NCBI GenBank assembly: GCA_031551205.1
Contig: JAVBNY010000003.1
Location: forward strand, 20,590 to 84,589
Direction of reading: 5' to 3'
From: Oscillospiraceae bacterium
GTDB taxonomy: Bacteria; Bacillota; Clostridia; Oscillospirales; JAVBNY01
Length of the DNA stretch: 64,000 bases
In this document: piece by piece, positions 55,301 to 61,913 of the stretch
How the letters are laid out: each line of letters opens with the position of its first letter
Position numbering within the stretch: the stretch's first letter is position 1
Made by a program: the position numbers and the translations under genes
The notes under the pieces: generated by a model
Seen by the model: the letters and a program-made list of their open reading frames with translations, nothing else
Databases searched by the model: none
Told to the model about the DNA's origin: nothing

Positions 55301-55776
55301 TAAGCGCCATGGGAATCATCTATTACAGAGATTCTGACGGCGACGGGACCCCAGAGTCTCCCGCAATGGCACAGGCCTTTACGGGTGATGCGCAAATGGA
55401 GATTAGGTTCATTGGCTCAAACGTGGAAATCGAGTCGCCAGGGGTCCTGCTTTTTGAAAGCGGCGTAACCCTTGTAGGCGCCACCGATCTCTCCTTTGTA
55501 TCGACCGACGAAAGCCCCGCGCTCGAGCTCGGAACGCTGAATTTTGAGGATTTTACCGGCAGCTTCGAGGCCTCCTTTGAGAATGCGGGAACTACAAAAC
55601 CGATTGTACTGGCGATCGGCGGCATAACGTTCACCGCTTCCGGTTCTGCGGATGATCCTGCGGATTACGGTGTGACTGTCGGCCGGTATTTTGACGAAAT
55701 ACCCGAGACTAACTACTACACCTTCGTTGATGGCAACGGTAACCCGCTTACCACGGTTTCGGTAGCCAAGCGGTAA
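49309..55776 (+). CDS. Giant (2155 aa) SLH-anchored surface protein with beta-helix-like region, Gly linker, Listeria-Bacteroides (Flg_new) repeats and uncharacterised domains
   Basis: Signal peptide [28 protein letters not shown]. Three SLH repeats ([47 protein letters not shown] and similar). Linker [16 protein letters not shown]. Flg_new-type units ([40 protein letters not shown]...[23 protein letters not shown]...YTFADWE...HTYYADWTK). Confidence 0.85.
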   Translation: [2155 protein letters not shown]

Positions 55777-55791
55777 AAACGCCATGAATAA

Positions 55792-55829
55792 AGTGCGGGT
55801 ATCGGAATTTTTGACCCGATACCCGCACT
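55792..55829 (+). terminator. Terminator after the giant SLH gene
   Basis: AGTGCGGGTATCGG-aatttttgac-CCGATACCCGCACT followed by a T-rich tail. Confidence 0.7.
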
Positions 55830-55946
55830 TCTCATTTATTTGCGGTTGTAAAAACTTCATAGCTTATGCCAAGACGCAAGTTGCACCGCGTGGAGAAAAC
55901 GTTAGAGGGTATGTGATAGCATATGCATAGAAAGGGAGCGGATCAC

Positions 55947-56775
55947 ATGCCAAGTAATAACAGCAAATATTCAGAGGAGATGCGAGCTCAAACAGCGCAG
56001 TATATCATCGAAAGCGGGAAATCAGCGGCTAGTATGGCAGAGGAGCTTGGGGATTGATACAAACACCGTCTGCCGGTGGGTGCGGGAGTACCGAAAAGCG
56101 CATAAGCTGCCGAGCTATGCGGAGTCAAAAGGGATAAGAAGAACGGCGCCCAAATCCGAAAAAGAGCTGCTGCGCACGCGTGAGCTGGAACGTGAACTCA
56201 AGCAAAAAGAGAAGCTTTTGTCGGAAGAACGAGAAAAGGTCGAAATCTTAAAAAAATCCCTGCACATCTTCATGCAAACTCGCGGATGAAGTATGAAGCG
56301 ATACGAAAATACAGCCCTGTTTATTCGGTGAGGAAGATGTGCAAGGTGTTGGGGCTCAAAGAGTCCGGGTACTATCAATGGTTCGGACGATATGAAAGGA
56401 ATGCAGGGAAACGTCTTGAAGAACAGCGGCTTTCGGAGGTTGTCGGAGAGGTATTTTCTGCGAACCGGTGCGTTTACGGATACCGCAAAATACAGCGCGC
56501 CTTGGCGAAAGAGGGCGAAGCGCTCAGCGTATATAGAGTCAGGAAAATCATGCGATCCAATGGGTATTACCCGGTTGTGGTCAAGAAACACCGGCCGACA
56601 CGCAACGGAAAAGCCGACGGCCGTTTTTACGAAAACAAGGTGCAGCAGCAAGGCTTATCAGTCCATGCTGAAGAAATTCAACATAATTTGAAACATGTCA
56701 AGACCGTCCTGCCCGTATGACAACGCTCCCGCTGAGAGTTTTTTCAGCGCCGCAAAGCGGGAGCATTGTCATACT
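55947..56775 (+). mobile_element. IS3-family insertion sequence remnant (frameshifted orfA, internally deleted orfB)
   Basis: orfA reads MPSNNSKYSEEMRAQTAQYIIESGKSAASMAEELG, then an extra G in a G-run breaks the frame before IDTNTVCRWVREYRKAHKL...LKKSLHIF. An A7 slippery run lies near the orfA end. orfB keeps the N-terminus (MKYEAIRKYSPVYSVRKMCKVLGLKESGYYQW...) and only the extreme rve C-terminus (CPYDNAPAESFFSAAKRE). The DDE core is missing. Confidence 0.75.
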
Positions 56776-57972
56776 TCATTGTCAGGCCGGAGTTTGATAT
56801 GTCGGGGTTGTTTTCCAGCGACACGGTCAGCGTCACCTTCGAGCCTGCCTCGCCGGATGCGCTTGAGACAGTTACTTTTGGGGTGTTTGCCGGGGCCGGT
56901 TCCTCAATATCGATCGAAAACACTACCGGTTCCGAGGATCCGGCCTCATTTGAGGCGATCACGGTGAAATTGCTCGTACCTATCGTCGTTGGCGTGCCGG
57001 AAATAACGCCGCTGCCGCTGATACTTAAGCCGCTTGGCAAACTCCCAGAGAAAATGTGAAAGGAGGTTGGCAGATTGTCGGCGGTTATTGTAACGGAATA
57101 TTGCGTTCCCACACTACCCGATGTGAGCGGGCCGGAAGGCGCAGTGATAACGGGCGAGATCGGCGTTGGAGCCGGATACTCCTGATTCAAAATTGCATAT
57201 GTATGCGCATACGCTTCAACAGAGGAATAGATGACTGCATTAGCCGAGTAAAGGAACGCATGGTCTCCGATACTCATTACGCTGTCAGGAATTATGGTGC
57301 TCTTGAGGCTATAGCACCAGCTAAAGGCGTAACTGCCGATGCTCGTCAAACCGTCCGGAATGACCACATTCGCGAGGCCCCTGCATTCCTCAAACGCGGA
57401 GCCGCCGATGCTCTGCACGGTATCCGGGATCGTTACGGAGGTAATGCCTCTGCAGGTATAAAACGCGTAGCCGCCGATGCCCTTAACGCTGTATACCACG
57501 CCGTTTAAGGCGGCGCTTGACGGGATTGCAAACAAGCCGACAGTCGTCGCCGTGCTGACCGCCGGGTTCAGGCCGTCTCCCACCTGCGCCGTACCCGTAC
57601 CGCCAAATTCCGCCAGCACTTTGTAGGTAATGCCGCCGACGGTAAAAATATTTCCCGGTTCGGGCGCGCGCACAACGGTCAGTCTGTTCCATTTTCCGTT
57701 TACATCGGTTGTGAAGCCCGCGCGCCGCTGTAAATATAAGCTTTGGCGTTATCGGAAAGATTATAAAAAGCATAAAGTCCAACAGTCGGCGCGTCGCCAA
57801 AAAAGTACACGGAGATCAGGCTTCGGCAGTCGCCAAACGCCCAGTCGCTGATGCTGGTCACGCCGCTCCCAATCGTCACGGATCCGATGCGGGAGTCGTA
57901 AAACGCATAGTCGCCGATGTTCGTCACGCTGTCAGGAATCGTCATGGGCGAATGTTTATAAAAATTTATCAA
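56775..57972 (-). pseudogene. Decayed BspA-type LRR surface protein gene (N-terminally truncated, frameshifted, 3' end cut by the IS remnant) with He_PIG-like Ig and cohesin-like fragments
   Basis: Two frames (57700-57972 and 56744-57673) join as ...AKAYIYSGA(R)GFTTDVNGKWNRLTVV... across a frameshift near 57715. No signal peptide. LRR_5 repeats ITSVTIPDTVQSIGGSAF. LPSGLSISGSGVISGTPT is a putative Ig domain. VTVSSASGEAGSKVTLTVSLENNPDISNSGLTM is cohesin-like strands that end abruptly at the IS junction. Confidence 0.65.
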
Positions 57973-58005
57973 CTACATGTGCTGTGCTCCCATCGAACAG
58001 CATGA

Positions 58006-58500
58006 TTAGACGAGGTACTCCTCTGCACGGAAAACAGTGCGATCCAGTGTGTGGTTGTACACACTGATCCTCGCATTTTCCGGTATTTGCTGTAATCTCT
58101 GGCTGTCTCCGTACATTTTCACCGGCACACAGTCGGCGTCTTGCCCTAAACTCACGGTCTTGTGCCCGCGCCCGCTTGTGCATCGATTTTTAAACTGCCG
58201 ACAGGCGTCTTTGCCCGCATAGATTGTGCTTTTCCCCTTTACTTTCTTCATAACACTTCGGCAGCACTCCTGCGTACAGTCATTTCCGAAGCCCTGAATT
58301 GATGTGTTTCCTGTAAAGTACTTGTCCATATGAGAAAACTGCGTGTTGTGGACTTCTGACAAGCTGATTTCCTGTGCTACTTGTCGCGCGTATTGTCTGT
58401 AAATATCGCGTGCCTTGAACTTCAAAACCTTTTTGCAGAAAGCGTCAAACTGGTGCCGGATATGTTCTTCAAAAGAAGTAACCTCCACTTTGTTCACCAC
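58006..58500 (-). CDS. Hypothetical protein, possibly a degraded conjugative-element regulator
   Basis: The N-terminal FEEHIRHQFDAFCKKVLKFKARDIYRQYARQ..EISLSEV resembles the N-termini of Tn916-ORF7-like sigma/HTH proteins. The remainder is Cys-rich with no recognisable HTH. The region has lower GC. Confidence 0.3.
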   Translation of the reverse strand: MVNKVEVTSFEEHIRHQFDAFCKKVLKFKARDIYRQYARQVAQEISLSEVHNTQFSHMDKYFTGNTSIQGFGNDCTQECCRSVMKKVKGKSTIYAGKDACRQFKNRCTSGRGHKTVSLGQDADCVPVKMYGDSQRLQQIPENARISVYNHTLDRTVFRAEEYLV

Positions 58501-58647
58501 CTTTTCGTTCGGGAATGGAAAGGGGATTTACCAAAGTTGGAGCAAAGAGTTTTGAGGTTTTCTAAAAGGGATTTGGGTTCTCCCAACAAGCTAAAATGAA
58601 CGAGACTGAAAAGGAGAACACGCGGCGGAAGAATCTGGCGGCGGAAT

Positions 58648-58710
58648 TAAGGCAATACCGCACAGAGATTGTGTGTGTATTGCGTAAGCAAATGACTTTT
58701 TGACGCAGGC
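58648..58710. repeat. Intergenic repeat family, copy 5 (module A only)
   Basis: TTAAGGCAATACCGCACAGAGATTGTGTGTGTATTGCGTAAGCAAATGAC. Nearly identical to the left halves of copies 2 and 3. Confidence 0.7.
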
Positions 58711-58872
58711 ATCGCCACGGCCTACGCAGAGCCCGGCAGCCGCTGGGAGAACGGCTGTATAGATAGCTTAAACATGCGGATGCGCTGCGGATTTTTAACC
58801 CGTGTCGGCTATGATTATCCCGGCGGCTCATAAACCGTGAATATAAGCGGCGGCAGGGGGCCGGTGGGGAGG

Positions 58873-60495
58873 CTATCCGCGATCTCGCACGGCGCCCCGC
58901 TCCTTCATCATCTGCGCATACACCATGAGCTCCTTGCGGGACGTGACGTCCAGCTTCATATATATGCGTTTATTATGCGTCTTGATCGTGTTGATCGACA
59001 GGCACAGGGCGTCCGCTATCTGCCTAGCGTCGCAGCCCTCAAGGTATAGGTTGAATACGGCCCTCTCGGCCGGCGACAGAGCGCCGATTTTTTTAATAAA
59101 CGCATCGTACATAGTCGATGAGGCGGGCTTTGCCTCAGAAGCCTGCGCGCTCTTCCCGCGCGCTGAGTCCTGTCCGCTCAAAAACTCTATCAGATCGTCG
59201 ATCTCCGGGATGCGTGTTCTTCCATATTCCTGCGCGCCGGATTCCCTGATCATGCGAAGCGCCTTCAAAACAGGTGAAAGATACCGCCTTGTGAGCACGA
59301 CGGCAGCGAGCAGGCAGAGAATGAAAAAAAACGCCATAAGGCCGATCACCCTGCCGCTGCGCTCAGATACAAAGGCCGTGAAATCCTCCTTTGGCATCAT
59401 CACGGCGAGCGCCCATCTCCGCCCGGCAAAGGCGGAATCGGCCGGGTGGAGAGATATCTCCTCAAACACCCCTGTATATTCTGTCCCGTCGGCGGCAAGG
59501 AACTCGTCAAGCGTATCGTCCCTGACCGTCAGCGCGCCCGCAAGCGCCCGCCGCTCTGCCGGATAGCTGCCCGCCAGCAGCGCACCCGACGCATCTAAGC
59601 GCCCGTCTTCCGTCATCGGCGCGATCATGGAGCACACCCGCGCATACGTCTCGTCCGGAGGCGAATATCTCGTCTTAAAAAGCTGCCCGCTTATCGAAAA
59701 GCCGCACATGCCGATCACGGTTTTGTCCTTTGTGAGAATCGGGACGCACAGAAATACCGACGGGATGTTGCCTCCTTCCAACGCAAAGTCGGAGGTCCAG
59801 AAGCAGAGGCGGGAGAGCACGGGAACACTCCCTCCCGCGGCGTTTTTTGCCGTTTCAAACATACCGCTATCGTATGCTTCGATTTCCTCGCGCCACTGGG
59901 GAAGAAGCGGGAGCCCCTTCTCCCGCGCGACTGCCATCGGTCCGCGCAGATAAGCAAGCCGCCGGCCCTCCGCGCCCCCTGTATCCGGCTCAGCGCTTTT
60001 GAGATACAGCCCCGCGCGGGAACGGCCCGCGGCGGCAGGCGAGGGGTTTGTTGTCGCGTTCAGGATCAAAAACGCTCCGCTTGCACGGCTTTTTTCAAGA
60101 GAGGCCTCGAGACTGTCGAAGGATCCGGCTAAAAGCCCTGTCAGGATCTCCGGGCGGCTTTGAATCCCGTCCGGCCTGACGCCGCCGCTTTTAAGCTGCC
60201 CATCCAGATATGACGAGAGCCCTTCTGCCAGCGCCGCGCCGTCATCGGACAGCTCTCCGAATTCTTCCGATACGTCCTCCGACAGGTGGCTTATCTCGTT
60301 GCGGAGCCAGGCGCTCGTCTCTGCATGTCCCGCTGACAATGCTCCGCTCAGGAGCAAAATCAGCGCGGTGCCCGACATGACGACGGCAAGAAAGAGAAGA
60401 AAAAACAGGAGCAGCCGTCTCTGAAGTGAGACGCCGCGGCTGCCCATATTTTTTATGTCCTCGCTGATCATTTCTGTCACTCGGGGTCTGCTCAC
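58873..60495 (-). CDS. Membrane-anchored LuxR/GerE-family transcriptional regulator with extracytoplasmic sensor region
   Basis: GTG 60495 after GGAGG. TM1 LLLFFLLFLAVVMSGTALILLL, a ~330 aa loop, TM2 VIGLMAFFFILCLLAAVVL, and a C-terminal HTH LSPAERAVFNLYLEGCDARQIADALCLSINTIKTHNKRIYMKLDV. Confidence 0.8.
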   Translation of the reverse strand: MSRPRVTEMISEDIKNMGSRGVSLQRRLLLFFLLFLAVVMSGTALILLLSGALSAGHAETSAWLRNEISHLSEDVSEEFGELSDDGAALAEGLSSYLDGQLKSGGVRPDGIQSRPEILTGLLAGSFDSLEASLEKSRASGAFLILNATTNPSPAAAGRSRAGLYLKSAEPDTGGAEGRRLAYLRGPMAVAREKGLPLLPQWREEIEAYDSGMFETAKNAAGGSVPVLSRLCFWTSDFALEGGNIPSVFLCVPILTKDKTVIGMCGFSISGQLFKTRYSPPDETYARVCSMIAPMTEDGRLDASGALLAGSYPAERRALAGALTVRDDTLDEFLAADGTEYTGVFEEISLHPADSAFAGRRWALAVMMPKEDFTAFVSERSGRVIGLMAFFFILCLLAAVVLTRRYLSPVLKALRMIRESGAQEYGRTRIPEIDDLIEFLSGQDSARGKSAQASEAKPASSTMYDAFIKKIGALSPAERAVFNLYLEGCDARQIADALCLSINTIKTHNKRIYMKLDVTSRKELMVYAQMMKERGAVRDRG

Positions 60496-60834
60496 ATCGC
60501 CCCTCCTCTCGGCTAAATTTGGGGGGTTTTACCCCACAAAAGCGGCCTCTTTTCCCAAAAATCACCCCGGGGGTGATTACAAACGCGCCTAAAATATGTA
60601 CAATTTATAGTGATGTTTTATGTGCGCTTTTGTTCTGGCAATTGCGCGTATACCGCCCTGATTATGGTATTTGGAAATATTATACCACCGCATCCCGGTC
60701 AAGTCCATGCTTTGTTTTTTATATGAAATAATGATTCCTCCAACAAAATTTTGTCTGAAAAACGTGAGCGCGGCGCACAAAGATACCTCTGTGTATGCCG
60801 CGGACGACGCCAAAACTTATACGAGGTGAAGAGA

Positions 60835-61887
60835 ATGAAGGCAAAGGATTTATTTTTCAAAACAATGCCGTTTTGCTGGGCAAAGCTTCTGCTTGGGATC
60901 GCCACCGTGCTTGTTTCCGCTGTGCTGTTCGCCGTGATTATTGGAATTTCCTCGCTTTTCGGCGGCGAGGGCACGTGGATCGGCGTCCTTATCTGGCTTG
61001 GAGCGACAGGCATTGTGCGGTTTTTTATCATGCACTACGCGGGCTATATGGTGAAGGCCGGGCATGTGGCCATCCTTGCCACAGCCGTGACCGAGGGCCG
61101 CATCCCGGATAACCAGGTGAAGGCCGCGAAGCAGATGGTGGGGGAGCGGTTTTTGACCTCCAATGTTTATTTTGCCATTGACAAGCTGGTGAGCGGCGCG
61201 GTTAAACAGCTGCAAGGCATTGTCGGCAGGGCGGGGGGGCTGCTCGGCGCCGTGCCCGGCGTGGACGTTGTTGTTAAGGCGGCGCAGCTGTTTATCGACA
61301 TCTCGCTCGGTTATGTGGACGAGTGCTGCCTGGGGTACACCTTTGTTAAAAAGGATCAGGGCGCTTTTAAGAGCGCCGCCGACGGCGTGGTCATTTATGC
61401 CCAGAACTGGAAGCCGCTCTTAAAAAGCGCCGCCAAGACGACGCTGATCGTTATCCTCTCCCTCGTTTTGGTCACAGCCGTCTCTTTCGCGCTGATCGGC
61501 GGACTTTTCACCCTGTTTAACTGGAACATGCTCGCGGCCTTTATTCTCGCGGCGCTCGTCGCCTTCGCCGTCAAGTTTGCTTTTATCGACAGCTGGATTC
61601 TCTGTAAGACCATCACGGTCTATATGGGCCTCGCGCAGACGACCGAGATTACCTTTGATCTATACGGCAAGCTCTGCGGCCTGTCATCCAAGTTTAAGGA
61701 TCTCTTTGAAAAGGGGCGCGCCGAGGGCGGGCCTCAGCCAGCCTACGCTTCGGCAGGCACAGGCTATCAAAACGGCGGCTATACGCAGACAAAGGCGCCG
61801 GAGGCGAGACCTGTATTTTGCGGCTCCTGCGGCGCAAAAAACGACCCGGGCACCAATTTTTGCGGCTCCTGCGGCGCAAAAGTTTAA
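60835..61887 (+). CDS. Polytopic membrane protein with C-terminal double zinc-ribbon
   Basis: ATG 60835 after GAGGTGA. Several TM helices. C-terminus PVFCGSCGAKNDPGTNFCGSCGAKV (two CxxC knuckles). Confidence 0.7.
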   Translation: MKAKDLFFKTMPFCWAKLLLGIATVLVSAVLFAVIIGISSLFGGEGTWIGVLIWLGATGIVRFFIMHYAGYMVKAGHVAILATAVTEGRIPDNQVKAAKQMVGERFLTSNVYFAIDKLVSGAVKQLQGIVGRAGGLLGAVPGVDVVVKAAQLFIDISLGYVDECCLGYTFVKKDQGAFKSAADGVVIYAQNWKPLLKSAAKTTLIVILSLVLVTAVSFALIGGLFTLFNWNMLAAFILAALVAFAVKFAFIDSWILCKTITVYMGLAQTTEITFDLYGKLCGLSSKFKDLFEKGRAEGGPQPAYASAGTGYQNGGYTQTKAPEARPVFCGSCGAKNDPGTNFCGSCGAKV

Positions 61888-61913
61888 AATACTTATAATG
61901 TGGAGGAATTTAG

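Noticed and set aside
61815-61880. Perfect 24-bp direct repeat ttttgcggctcctgcggcgcaaaa occurring twice.
   Set aside because: It simply encodes the two FCGSCGAK knuckles of a C-terminal zinc ribbon. This is an intragenic duplication with an obvious protein-level explanation.
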